A stretch of 64,000 nt of DNA from Gemmatimonadales bacterium (GTDB lineage: Bacteria; Gemmatimonadota; Gemmatimonadetes; Gemmatimonadales; GWC2-71-9). The DNA lies in NCBI GenBank assembly GCA_041577295.1, contig JBFGJG010000002.1, forward strand, positions 128,001 to 192,000, read 5' to 3'. The notes beneath the pieces are model-generated. The model was not told where the DNA came from. It saw only the letters and a program-made list of their open reading frames with translations, and made no database searches. Each line of letters opens with the position of its first letter. The first letter of the stretch is position 1. Positions 19,093 to 29,150 of this stretch are shown piece by piece. A program made the translations under genes and the position numbers.

Positions 19093-19995
19093 ATGCACAA
19101 GGCAATCATGGTACCACTCGATGGGTCGAGGTTCGGTGAGGAGGCGCTTCCGATCGCGGTGCGCCTGGCCAAGGACCTGGACCGGTCTATTGAGCTCGTT
19201 TCGGTGTTCGAGGACGAACCGCCGGTTGCTACCTGGGTGCTGACCGCTGCCGAGATGCGGTCGCTCCTCGATGAGTACTTAGAGACACTAGGCAACCAGA
19301 TCAGGGAATCCGCCTGCGTTGAGGTGACTCGATCGGTGCTCAGTGGTCCGGTGACAATGAGTCTCGAGGCGCATGCCAAAGAAAAGGATCCGGAACTGAT
19401 CGTCATGTCTACGCACGGACGGGGTGCGGTCAGTCGTGCATGGCTCGGCAGCGTGGCGGATCACGTCACCCGACACGTGTCGATGCCGGTGTTACTGGTC
19501 CGCCCCGACGAGGATCCGGGTGAAGTCCAGTTCGAGGGTAGTCCGCCCTTCGAGCACGTGCTCGTGCCGCTGGATGGGTCGGACCGAGCAGAAGCAAGCC
19601 TTGCATGGTCAACGCGAATCGCACTGGCCCACAAGAGCAAGCTCACCGTGCTCAGCGTTGTGCCGCCCCCACCGGTGCTCACGTCGCCGTACTTGCCCGA
19701 TGTGATAGCCGAATCCAAGGAAGGATTGGAGAGGGGGCAACGTGAAGCTGAGCAGTACTTGAATGACATCGCCGTCCGACTCGAAAAGGAGGGAGTCTCG
19801 ATCGGCACGGTGGTACGTGTCGGTATCGCACCGGCGTCTGGGATCAATCGATACGCCCTAGATCACGGGGTGGACCTCATCGTGATCAGCACCCACGGGC
19901 GGGGAGGGCTTCCCCGCTTGTTGCTCGGCAGCGTAGCGGACAAGGTGGTGCGCGGAGCTACTGCACCGGTTCTGGTCACTCGACCGAGGGGCTAA
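19093..19995 (+). CDS. Tandem-domain universal stress protein
   Basis: Two VPLDGS...STHGRG...LGSVA(D) domains. Confidence 0.92.
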   Translation: MHKAIMVPLDGSRFGEEALPIAVRLAKDLDRSIELVSVFEDEPPVATWVLTAAEMRSLLDEYLETLGNQIRESACVEVTRSVLSGPVTMSLEAHAKEKDPELIVMSTHGRGAVSRAWLGSVADHVTRHVSMPVLLVRPDEDPGEVQFEGSPPFEHVLVPLDGSDRAEASLAWSTRIALAHKSKLTVLSVVPPPPVLTSPYLPDVIAESKEGLERGQREAEQYLNDIAVRLEKEGVSIGTVVRVGIAPASGINRYALDHGVDLIVISTHGRGGLPRLLLGSVADKVVRGATAPVLVTRPRG

Positions 19996-20123
19996 CTCCA
20001 TTGAGCCAAGAGGGCTCGCACGACATTGGTGTCGATGTCGTCTGCGCAGACCCATGCGTTGCGTTGTGAGCAACGGGTCTTCACCTTCCAAGCGTTAGTC
20101 TTTCCGACTCCTGGAGCGCAGTC

Positions 20124-20519
20124 ATGCGGATGCTGATCGGCCTGGTGGTCTTCGTTGTTGCGTGCGGCAGTGGGCGAGTGTATGGGAGAGTCGACCTCGG
20201 GGATGTGATCGTCGAAGGGGAGGTTGACGGTAATTTCTTCGCACGTCAGCTGGACCAACTCGATCCCTGGTTTGAGGCCTGTTACGCGCGAGCACTCCGT
20301 CTGGATCGGTCGACGGAGGGCATCATCCGGTTGAGGTTGCGGGTGCGGGAAGGTGGTTTGACACCTGAGATCATCGAGGATGGGCCAGCGAGCCCGCAAC
20401 TCACGGACTGTGTCATGAGCGCTGTGTCGAACCTGACCTTGGTCGAGCCAGACACAGCTGCGCCATGGGACTTTACGGCTCAGTGGCCCATCACTTTCAG
20501 TGTCATACGACGGGAATGA
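20124..20519 (+). CDS. Lipoprotein with an AgmX/PglI C-terminal (TonB_C-like) domain
   Basis: VVAC lipobox; ACYARAL....GxIxLRL...G...LTDCV pattern. Confidence 0.6.
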   Translation: MRMLIGLVVFVVACGSGRVYGRVDLGDVIVEGEVDGNFFARQLDQLDPWFEACYARALRLDRSTEGIIRLRLRVREGGLTPEIIEDGPASPQLTDCVMSAVSNLTLVEPDTAAPWDFTAQWPITFSVIRRE

Positions 20520-20652
20520 GAGAAGGCGCTCACTCAATCTCTCGAACCCCTTCCACCAGCCCTCCTCAGATCATTCACCAAAGGTTCACCGTCGATTCAT
20601 CGCGAGGTCGTGAAACTTCATAATACCAAAGAGACTGAGCCGTGCATGACCA

Positions 20653-21147
20653 ATGGCCAAGCAAGACTTGAAGCAGCTTTTTCTCGAGGACCATCGCCGT
20701 CTCGCCCGTGGTCTCACACGTCTCATCAAACATCTCGAGCGTAATGAGTTGCGTGAGGCTGTGGATGCCGCCCACGCATTGGATGTTGTTGCGGGTCCGC
20801 ACATGGCGTTCGAGGAGGACGTTTTCTACCCGGCGCTGAAGCACGACTACGGGCGTGAGTTCGTCGACCGGCTCGAGGACGAGCATCAGATGGGACGGGA
20901 CGCAGTGAAGGAGCTCATCGCCGTAAACGACTCCGCGCACATCGCCCCAGCCGACCGGCAACGGTTGTTGCACCAATTGGAGAGCGCACTGGACCACGTG
21001 CTCTCCTGCGGCACCTTGGTCTCCCACCTCGAGCGACTCCCGGACGCGCGTCAAAAAGAAATGCTCGGCCGGCTCGAGGCGTTGCGCGAGAGTGGCATGC
21101 GGTGGACGGATCGCGCCACCCGCAAAACCCGGGTCGAGCGAAATTAG
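20653..21147 (+). CDS. Hemerythrin-domain protein
   Basis: EDH, PHMAFEEDVFYP, EDEH, LDH motifs. Confidence 0.8.
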   Translation: MAKQDLKQLFLEDHRRLARGLTRLIKHLERNELREAVDAAHALDVVAGPHMAFEEDVFYPALKHDYGREFVDRLEDEHQMGRDAVKELIAVNDSAHIAPADRQRLLHQLESALDHVLSCGTLVSHLERLPDARQKEMLGRLEALRESGMRWTDRATRKTRVERN

Positions 21148-21151
21148 TTGC

Positions 21152-22009
21152 GTGTGCCGTCTATACGGATTCCGCGCCAACGAGCCAACCAAGGTCGAGT
21201 GCACCCTCGTCCACGCTCAGAATGCCTTGATGAGCCAGAGCCGCGCGGATCTTCGGGGCGTGGCCCACTCAGATGGATGGGGCATCGCTTGTTATCAGAA
21301 TCACCTGCCAGACCTCGAACGACGTAGCCTGGCGGCCTTCCAAGATCTCCACTTCAGCGTGACTGCCGAGCGAATCTTTGCCGAAACGGTCGTCGGCCAT
21401 GTACGCCTGGCCACGGTGGGGGACCCTTCGATCCAAAACACCCATCCGTTCACCTACGGGCAATGGACCTTCGCGCACAATGGGACTGTGCAGCCCTTCG
21501 CTGATCTCGAACCCTGGCTCGCTGCGAACTCGGACCCAGACCTTTGGCGCCGGCGTCAGGGCACCACCGACAGTGAGGCGGTCTTTTACTGGTTGTTGAG
21601 TGTGATGCGGGAGTCCGGTCTAATACTCGACGAACCAACCAGTGAGGTCGAGACCGTTGCCCACATCATTCACCGGGCAGTGCGTCTGCTCGAGACACGC
21701 AGTGTTCGCGCTCGCGCCCCCAAACCGGCGAAGTTGAACTTCCTGCTCACCAATGGCCGCATCCTCGTCGCCTCACGGTGGCGCAATGGTCTGCACTACG
21801 TCCAACGATACGGGGTTCACGACTGCGAAATCTGCGGCATCCCCCACATTCACCACGCGAGTGGCACCGCCTACAAGGCGGTGGTTGTCGCGTCCGAGCC
21901 CATTTCCCACGAACCCTGGCGCGAAGTACCGGAAGGAAGTGTGCTCACCGTCGATCCAGACTTGCGAGTCGAGCTGTTCGACACCGCGCCTATCGAAGTG
22001 CCGCCGTGA
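21152..22009 (+). CDS. Class II (Ntn) glutamine amidotransferase, EgtC/YafJ-like
   Basis: GTG start then CRLYG (N-terminal Cys nucleophile), HSDGWG, HVRLATVG, NTHPF, AHNGT, GTTDSE, VASEP. Confidence 0.88.
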   Translation: MCRLYGFRANEPTKVECTLVHAQNALMSQSRADLRGVAHSDGWGIACYQNHLPDLERRSLAAFQDLHFSVTAERIFAETVVGHVRLATVGDPSIQNTHPFTYGQWTFAHNGTVQPFADLEPWLAANSDPDLWRRRQGTTDSEAVFYWLLSVMRESGLILDEPTSEVETVAHIIHRAVRLLETRSVRARAPKPAKLNFLLTNGRILVASRWRNGLHYVQRYGVHDCEICGIPHIHHASGTAYKAVVVASEPISHEPWREVPEGSVLTVDPDLRVELFDTAPIEVPP

Positions 22010-23504
22010 TGGACTGCGGCACCGGTCTGATGAGCCGCATGATTTGCTGCGGAATATCCTGAAAAGCTCGTTTCCGCGCGACTTCCCAGCTTTCCCCCAT
22101 CACCAAAAGATCGATGCCGGGCCGCGCTTGCAGAGCCCCCGGGTTGTAGAATATCAGATCACCACGACCGGTTCGCACGTCGAAGACACGATCGTCAAAG
22201 CCAGCAAGCAAGTTCGCGAACGTGAAGCGTTCCATACCCCGCTGCTCTACGACGCGCGTGGCATAGGGACGCGATGCGAAATCCCCGAATAACCGATTCA
22301 TCAGGGTCATGGGTGCCGACGTAGCGCCCCAGCGTCCATTGCATTCGACGAATCGGATGCGGCACGATCCCATATCCCGCCCGACGAGAATGAGGTCGAA
22401 GGAACAGCGGCCAACATAACCGAGCCGTTGCAACAGCCGTCCAACCAGCACACAACGCAGCGCAATCTCTGTAGCGGTGACATCCGGAAGGTTGGCGGGT
22501 GCGGCACCAACGAAGTACCCCCCCTTCCCCTGGATCACCTGCTCGAAGAGACCCTCAACCACTGGTGGCTGAGCGGTCGCAAACGGTGGAATCCACAGTT
22601 GCGCTGACGGCGCGCGCAGGACTTCGGACTCCCAGGCCCCAACGAGCAACGGATGCTCACCATGCCAGGCGAAGTCTCGAAGTCTCTTCTTCAGCCGAGC
22701 ACGCACGGCTCCCAGCCTGCGACCACGGTATGTCTTGGCGCGTAACACCAGATTTCCCGTACCGCCAGCGGCTTCAGGGATCTTGATGACGATGCGAGGC
22801 GAGCGGTTGGCGAACATCTTGACGAGCCGCGCCAACCCCGACCATCCCGAGGCACTCGCGGTCGGAGGGATCAACTGATCGTCGAAGAGCCGGGTGATGA
22901 CCCTGGCAAACCACAGCTTGTTGTTGACAGCGCGTGCCAGGACGGGGGGTGGGCCGATCACTCCGATCGATCCCCCGGTGGTGGCGCGCAACAAATGTGC
23001 AAGAGCCCACACGTGAAACCCGGCGAGGTGGGGGTGCAGGTAGCGGAGCCGTCCGGTTCGCACGGCCCTTTGTAACGCGGCCCGTACGCGGTGGTCACGC
23101 CAGCAAGCCCTTGCGAGGCGGAGTGGACGGTCAGACGGCTGGGGACGTAGCCAAGTTACGGCTCCAAGACCCAGCTCTTCTTCACAGTACCGCTCGAACG
23201 CAGGATCGGCTGTCGCACAGCTCGCTACGACGTCCTGCTCACCCGCACGCAAGCGCGCCCGATCCTGCAAGAACCGCGCGTCGTAGAATCGATCGAGCAG
23301 GGGTATCTCATCGAGGTCGTCCAAATGCAAGACACCGCCATCTCCAATCCGCGACACACTCAACTGACGGATCCATGGTTGTGGCACCAGGGATGGCTGC
23401 TCGTGCTCGAGTGCCGCTGCGAGTTGCGCAACCCGCCGGAATTGCGCCGCGCTCGGCTCTACCTCGTGATGAGAAACAATCGGAAGACGTCCGGCCTGGA
23501 CCAT
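21990..23504 (-). CDS. ATP-grasp fold ligase with an N-terminal pre-ATP-grasp region (PGM1-like)
   Basis: NNKLWF, IVIKIPEAAGGTGN, PSAQLWIP, GYVGRCSFD, FVECNGRWG. Confidence 0.72.
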   Translation of the reverse strand: MVQAGRLPIVSHHEVEPSAAQFRRVAQLAAALEHEQPSLVPQPWIRQLSVSRIGDGGVLHLDDLDEIPLLDRFYDARFLQDRARLRAGEQDVVASCATADPAFERYCEEELGLGAVTWLRPQPSDRPLRLARACWRDHRVRAALQRAVRTGRLRYLHPHLAGFHVWALAHLLRATTGGSIGVIGPPPVLARAVNNKLWFARVITRLFDDQLIPPTASASGWSGLARLVKMFANRSPRIVIKIPEAAGGTGNLVLRAKTYRGRRLGAVRARLKKRLRDFAWHGEHPLLVGAWESEVLRAPSAQLWIPPFATAQPPVVEGLFEQVIQGKGGYFVGAAPANLPDVTATEIALRCVLVGRLLQRLGYVGRCSFDLILVGRDMGSCRIRFVECNGRWGATSAPMTLMNRLFGDFASRPYATRVVEQRGMERFTFANLLAGFDDRVFDVRTGRGDLIFYNPGALQARPGIDLLVMGESWEVARKRAFQDIPQQIMRLIRPVPQSITAALR

Positions 23505-23561
23505 TCGAGATCCCTCACTTCACGAAGGACTCGATGGAATCTGGAGGGTGTGAAACAAGCG

Positions 23562-23747
23562 TTAAGACCTCTTTCGAGTCCTTTGTCCCTCCCCTTTTTC
23601 ACTTTCCGGCGTCGCGCCCGCGACCGCCTTGCGCTCCGCGCCCGGCAATTTGGGCGTGGGGCCGCGGTCCGTTGCACGCGTGTCGCCGCGCCGCCTGACG
23701 GCAAGGAGGTAGGGGCCACGCAACAGCTCCAACAGACGTTTGTTCAT
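23562..23747 (-). CDS. Small basic protein/peptide (61 aa) upstream of the ATP-grasp gene
   Basis: GGAGG RBS before ATG 23747: MNKRLLELLRGPYLLAVRRRGDTRATDRGPTPKLPGAERK... Confidence 0.4.
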   Translation of the reverse strand: MNKRLLELLRGPYLLAVRRRGDTRATDRGPTPKLPGAERKAVAGATPESEKGEGQRTRKRS

Positions 23748-24162
23748 CGCATCCCTCCAGGTCGAACTGATTGATTCAGGATGCATCAAATCCGCAACAG
23801 ATGCCTCACAACCACCAAGCACGGCTGTCCCAGAAGTGGGGTGGGTCTGGTACAGACTTGTTACGGATTACCAGTGTTACCACGCCCAGGCTTTGGTTAT
23901 GATGAAATCTGTTCGAAGGATGGTTATGGCCAAAAACGCCGCTCATGAGGCTACCGATATATGCTCCCGCGGGGGACGCTCGTGATAACAGATTATGGTT
24001 TGGTGGGACACGTTAAACGCTGTCTCGGCTTCGAGGTGATCGAAATCGCAGTGGGTTGCCCCGGGGGGCGACTGGCGTTGATCGCCTCACGTGACCTGCG
24101 GTTCGTTCGGGGCATCGGAACCAGAGATTCGCACGTCGTCGACCCCTGAGACGTGAGATGGC

Positions 24163-25803
24163 CTACCGGGATCGCAACGCGCGTCCCGGACGCGCGCCAG
24201 TGACCTCGCTCTCGAGAAGGACCGCCTGTCCGTTCACAAACACGTGGCGGACGCCTAGGGCGTACTTGTGGGGTTGGGCGAAGGTCGCCGGGTCGGCGAC
24301 CGCCTGAGCGTCAAGCACCGATACATCAGCATAAGCCCCCACCCGAAGAATGCCGCGGTCCTCGAGGCCGATCCGGCTCGCCGGCAAGCTGGTCATCTTT
24401 CGGATGGCTTCTGCGAGTGGCAGCACGGATTCGTCTCTCACGTAATGCCCGAGGACCCTGGCAAACGCGCCGTAGTTCCTTGGGTGAGGAAAGCCCAAAC
24501 CGAACTCCGGAATTCCCCCGTCTGATGCGATCATCGTCATCGGGTGTTGCATGATGCGCACAACGTCTTCGTCGGACATCGCAAAGAAGATTCCTTGAAA
24601 TCCGCCACGCTCCTGTAACTCGACGGCGAGTACGGCAGCTTGCTCCAGAGAAGCGGGGCGCTGTTGCTCTCGCAGGATCTGAGCGAGGCTCTTTCCATTG
24701 AGCGTCGAATCCCATTCACAATACGCCACGACTACGTTTGCAGGATCGCCTGCACCACGGTCGTGCTCGAGATTGAATACGATCGCTTCAAGGATTCGGC
24801 GTCTCGTTTCCGCGTTACGTAGCCGGTGGTGGAGATCCTGCGGCGTTCCCTCCAATGCCCAGGCAGGAAACAGCACGCTGAGACCAGTGCTGGACGCGGC
24901 GTACGGATACTGATCGATTGAGACGTCCACACCTCGCACCCGGGCCCGATCGACGGCCGCGAGTGTCTTCCGACTTGCTCCCCACATGTCCTTGCCAACG
25001 ACCTTGTGATGCGTGATCTGCGTGGGGACCCCAGCCTCCTCACCGATTCGGATGGTCTCCTCAACGCTCGCCATGATTTCGAGTCCTTCATCACGCATGT
25101 GGCTGATGTGGATCCCCCCATAACGAGAGACCACCTTAGCCAGTTCGACGACCTCTTCCGTTTTGGCAAAAGCTCCCGGCACGTACTTGAGTCCAGTGGA
25201 GAGGCCAAAGGCTCCCTGTTGCATGGCCGAATCCACCAAACTCCTCATGCGATCGAGCTCGAGAGCAGTCGGTGCCCTCGCCGCGGTGCCGAGCACGAGC
25301 CGTCGGACCGTCCCGTGACCGACGAACGTGCCAAAGTTGATTGACGAAGGGATCAGGTCGAATCGAGCAAGCAGTTCACCAATAGGATACGCTGAGCCAC
25401 CATCCGGCCCGCCGATGGCGGTCGTCACGCCCTGCTGGATGTAGTTCTCGGCCAGTGGCCACCGGAAAAGCCCACTACGATCTGCATTGTCTCGCACGGC
25501 ATGGCTGTGGATGTCGACAAACCCGGGTGCAACGACGAGGCCGGTCACATTCAACCGAACGGCTGCCCGACGTCCGACGAGATCACCGATCGCAGCAATG
25601 CGGTCACCCAGGATTCCGACATCGGCTACAAAGGGCTCGACACCCGAGCCGTCGTATACCGATCCACCAACGAGAATGACACTGAAGACTGTGTCGGCAC
25701 CTGTCGGCGTCTGCCCCGACGCGACCGTGGCGTGCACTTGGAAAAGGCCCACACCGAGCAACATCGCGCGCGCGGCTAACCGAAGAGGCATGCTATGCGT
25801 CAT
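24163..25803 (-). CDS. Exported N-acyl-D-amino-acid deacylase (amidohydrolase)
   Basis: PGFVDIHSH, QGVTT, GLSTGL.YVPG, SHMRDE, HPRNYGAF, KMTSLPA; signal peptide. Confidence 0.88.
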   Translation of the reverse strand: MTHSMPLRLAARAMLLGVGLFQVHATVASGQTPTGADTVFSVILVGGSVYDGSGVEPFVADVGILGDRIAAIGDLVGRRAAVRLNVTGLVVAPGFVDIHSHAVRDNADRSGLFRWPLAENYIQQGVTTAIGGPDGGSAYPIGELLARFDLIPSSINFGTFVGHGTVRRLVLGTAARAPTALELDRMRSLVDSAMQQGAFGLSTGLKYVPGAFAKTEEVVELAKVVSRYGGIHISHMRDEGLEIMASVEETIRIGEEAGVPTQITHHKVVGKDMWGASRKTLAAVDRARVRGVDVSIDQYPYAASSTGLSVLFPAWALEGTPQDLHHRLRNAETRRRILEAIVFNLEHDRGAGDPANVVVAYCEWDSTLNGKSLAQILREQQRPASLEQAAVLAVELQERGGFQGIFFAMSDEDVVRIMQHPMTMIASDGGIPEFGLGFPHPRNYGAFARVLGHYVRDESVLPLAEAIRKMTSLPASRIGLEDRGILRVGAYADVSVLDAQAVADPATFAQPHKYALGVRHVFVNGQAVLLESEVTGARPGRALRSR

Positions 25804-25876
25804 TGTGAGCTCAACCAGTGATTTGAGGTGTGTGTCGTCACCTACCGGTCAACTTCCCCGGTGGGACTGAAGGTAG

Positions 25877-26626
25877 TCAGCTGCCAGTGACGGTACCGGT
25901 GAACTCTCTGGTTCCTGCCCGGGTTGTCGCTCCTCCGCTTGGCGCTCGAATGTTCCATTTGTAGCCGATCCAGATCAGCGCGATTCCGATGAGCTCCATG
26001 ACATAGAGCACCTCGGTGTGCCCCATCCTCGTCGCGGCGCCGCCGATTCCGGGCAAGAGCGCCCCAACGGCAATAAAGGTGTTCCCGATGAATCGGTGAT
26101 AGGTGTCCCGGCTCTTGCTGTAGCGATAGGCGGAGAGCGCCGCGCCTCCCACCAGGAACACGAGCGCGTACGTGTTCACAAATGGGCTGAAGAGACGGAC
26201 CCACCACCACCGCATCACGCTGCCTGTCAAACGATGCGTTTCGACGAGTGTGTAGTCGATTGGTGTGAGGATCACGAACATCGCCGCGACGAATACGAAC
26301 GGGACCAAGAGCAGCGTCAGCCGATGCGCCGTTCGGCGCGCCAGCAGGAGATACACCGTTCCCTGTGCCAGCGGAGCTCCTCCGAGCAACGCGCCGGAGA
26401 TATACCAGCTGCGGAACAGCCCTTCGCTCCACCCAAACAACGTGACCAAAGACTCCGTGAGCGTGCCGATTCCGTAGATGAATACGCCAGCGGCCCACCA
26501 CATCAGATGCGGCCCGGTACGTCGCACTCGATAGCGCTTGAGAATCACCCACGCGAATGCGAAGGCGATGACCGTCGTGGCGATGGGGATGAAGTGAATG
26601 GGCGTTCGCATCTTCAGTCGGACCAA
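25877..26626 (-). CDS. 7-TM integral membrane protein
   Basis: About seven hydrophobic segments; no soluble domain; start could be MRTP at 26611. Confidence 0.75.
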   Translation of the reverse strand: MVRLKMRTPIHFIPIATTVIAFAFAWVILKRYRVRRTGPHLMWWAAGVFIYGIGTLTESLVTLFGWSEGLFRSWYISGALLGGAPLAQGTVYLLLARRTAHRLTLLLVPFVFVAAMFVILTPIDYTLVETHRLTGSVMRWWWVRLFSPFVNTYALVFLVGGAALSAYRYSKSRDTYHRFIGNTFIAVGALLPGIGGAATRMGHTEVLYVMELIGIALIWIGYKWNIRAPSGGATTRAGTREFTGTVTGS

Positions 26627-26771
26627 ATGGGGAACGACGCGGCCCTCCCCCTCCGCTACGGAAGGAGAAAGTTTGCTGCGCGCAGAGCGAATGCGTAAGA
26701 GGCCGCGAGGTTCGTCGTTACGCCATGCGGATTGCCGGCGGATCGACGGTCACCTCGCGGCCCCCGGTACT

Positions 26772-28988
26772 CTAGAAGCTCATATCCCACGTCAGCGTGA
26801 CGCTTCTGCCGGGCTGCGGGCGGAAGAAGCTTGCGTTGGCAAACTCCGCATAGAGCTCATTGGTGAGATTGTCGATCACGACCAGCAGGCGATGCACGTG
26901 CGGGCCGCGCCGGAAAACCGTGACGCCGCCCCGGATCGCATGAACCGTGAACGCCGGCAGAATCGGGCCCACGGGATTGTCGATTACTAGGTCAACGTCC
27001 TTACGATCTCCGTTGTGACGGAACGCATACTCGACCCAGAACCGGTCCGTGGGGAAGGTGTACCGGGCACGACCCGTGAGCTTCTCATCGAAGGAGTCGC
27101 CCACCGGGTTGTTTTCATCGAGGACGTTCTTCGAGTCCTGATGGGTATAACTACCGCCGAGGGATACGCCCGCCGGCAGGTTTACGTCGCCCCGCAACTC
27201 GACTCCCCAGAACCGGAGCTTGTCGACGTTCACGTTCTGGAACATCGGTTGTCCTTGGGTCGTCGTATCACCGGTCGGGGAGATGCGGATCCCGTTGTGG
27301 ATCTCATTGCGAAAGACGAAACCTTCGAGATCGAGCACCTGGTTTCGGTAGCGTAGTCCAAAGTCGAGATTGAAGCTCGTCTCGGGTTCGAGTGCCGGAT
27401 TCGCCACCTGAAAGGCCTGGCCCTCAGGCGTCGGGCCGTTGAAGAAGCGCTCAACCAAATTGGGCGCGCGAAACGCACGGCCGACCGAGGCGACCGCTGC
27501 CAAATAGTCGGTGAGCTGGTAGAGGCCATTGGCGGAGGCGACCAGAGTACGGTCCGTATCAGACAATCCAGGGTCACCCAGCCCAGCCGTTTGATCGGTC
27601 TCGGCATGAACGTCCTGATAGCGAGCACCCAGCACCAGCGTGGCACGATCGGTCAACTGCATGTCTCCCTGCACGAAGACCCCGACGCTGCGGAGGCTGG
27701 CATTGGGAACTGGTGGCGTTGTGACCGGTGGAATCGGAGGCCCGGGCACACCGGGAATCCGAACTTCGACGATGCTGGAATCGGAATTGTTGGAGTCGTC
27801 GTGGAAGAAATCGGCGCCGTACGTCACCATCACACGGCCACCGACCAACTTGCTGGCCTCGATTCTCGAGCCAACGGTGGTCACGTCGGTGAAGTTGCTG
27901 GAGAACTGCCGGATATCGCCCACGACGTTGGGGCCAAAGGGAATCCCGGATACCAGCACGTCGAGATTGAACCGTCGATCGTTGTCCTGGAAGTACCCCA
28001 CGACGTCCAGCTTGTCGGCTACGGCCGACTGCAAGTTGGATGCGTGATATCCAAGGGACACTTTGTCGAACCGCTGGAAGGGATAGTCGATGCTAATCGA
28101 TGGCAGATCGGGTGCATACACTTCCGGATCGACGAAACCAAATCCGGTGGTGTCCGCCCGATACCCTTCGTATTTCGCGAAGATCTCGTGGCCAGCACCG
28201 ATTTCGTAACCGACGCGTGCGCCAAAGCTCTCATCTTGGACGCCGGTGCCGAATACGGGCGTCTTGGCATCCAGCGTAACGTTGCCAAACGAACCAGCCG
28301 GCGCGTCGTACGGACCTGCGTCACGATACGTGCCGGTGCCCCGGAACGACAGCTTGCCGTACCGGCCGGAGATACTCGCTGTGACCTTGTTCTGCGAATC
28401 GTGGGAGCTGAACCGATAGCTGGCGGTGCCGTGCAGTCCCTCTTGCTGTGGCGTCCGGGTGATGATGTTCACCACCCCACCGATGGCGTCGCTACCGTAC
28501 AGCACCGACGCCGGCCCGCGAACCACTTCCACCCGTTCAACACTCGTTACGTCCACGAGGGCGGGAATTTCACCGAAGTCTTGTTGGCGGCGTGAATTGT
28601 TGAGACGCATGCCGTCCTCGAGAACGAGGATGCGCTGACCGCGCTGACCACGAATGATCGGCCGAACCTGCGTGACGCCAACCCCTGCGACGTCGAGACC
28701 GGGGAGGTCTCGGAACAGATCGCTCACGTTGTTTGGCATCCGCTCGGCAATGCGGAGTTGATCGAGGACGCTTACTGGATTCGGTGTGATGAAAACATCC
28801 TTTGCGGTACGTGTCGCGGTGATGGTCAGGGGACCAAGCGTCACGGTGTCGCGAGGTTGCTGATCGCCAGTTGCCTGCGCGCGAAGAGCCGTGGGAAGAA
28901 GTACGTTCGCCGTCGAGGCGAACAGCAGAACAGCAAAAGCGAGCCAGACCATGCTCGCGGGCTTGGATACTGATTGTGCGGTAAGCAT
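26772..28988 (-). CDS. TonB-dependent outer-membrane receptor
   Basis: ITATRT TonB-box region, plug RVEVVRGPASVLYGSDAIGGVVNIIT, FRAPNL...NPALEPE, DNLTNELY, C-terminal Phe. Confidence 0.93.
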   Translation of the reverse strand: MLTAQSVSKPASMVWLAFAVLLFASTANVLLPTALRAQATGDQQPRDTVTLGPLTITATRTAKDVFITPNPVSVLDQLRIAERMPNNVSDLFRDLPGLDVAGVGVTQVRPIIRGQRGQRILVLEDGMRLNNSRRQQDFGEIPALVDVTSVERVEVVRGPASVLYGSDAIGGVVNIITRTPQQEGLHGTASYRFSSHDSQNKVTASISGRYGKLSFRGTGTYRDAGPYDAPAGSFGNVTLDAKTPVFGTGVQDESFGARVGYEIGAGHEIFAKYEGYRADTTGFGFVDPEVYAPDLPSISIDYPFQRFDKVSLGYHASNLQSAVADKLDVVGYFQDNDRRFNLDVLVSGIPFGPNVVGDIRQFSSNFTDVTTVGSRIEASKLVGGRVMVTYGADFFHDDSNNSDSSIVEVRIPGVPGPPIPPVTTPPVPNASLRSVGVFVQGDMQLTDRATLVLGARYQDVHAETDQTAGLGDPGLSDTDRTLVASANGLYQLTDYLAAVASVGRAFRAPNLVERFFNGPTPEGQAFQVANPALEPETSFNLDFGLRYRNQVLDLEGFVFRNEIHNGIRISPTGDTTTQGQPMFQNVNVDKLRFWGVELRGDVNLPAGVSLGGSYTHQDSKNVLDENNPVGDSFDEKLTGRARYTFPTDRFWVEYAFRHNGDRKDVDLVIDNPVGPILPAFTVHAIRGGVTVFRRGPHVHRLLVVIDNLTNELYAEFANASFFRPQPGRSVTLTWDMSF

Positions 28989-29150
28989 TGAAGGCGCTCC
29001 GGTCGAGGAAATACGAACCGGGGGGGGACGCAGAATTCGTGGCGGGGTGCCACCCAGCTAGCGGTTCGTCGAGCCGTCGAACGGTCTTAGGTTACTTCAG
29101 TTCAGCCACTTGTGGTATTCGGTCTGCTACGGATCGACGGCACCGAATTA

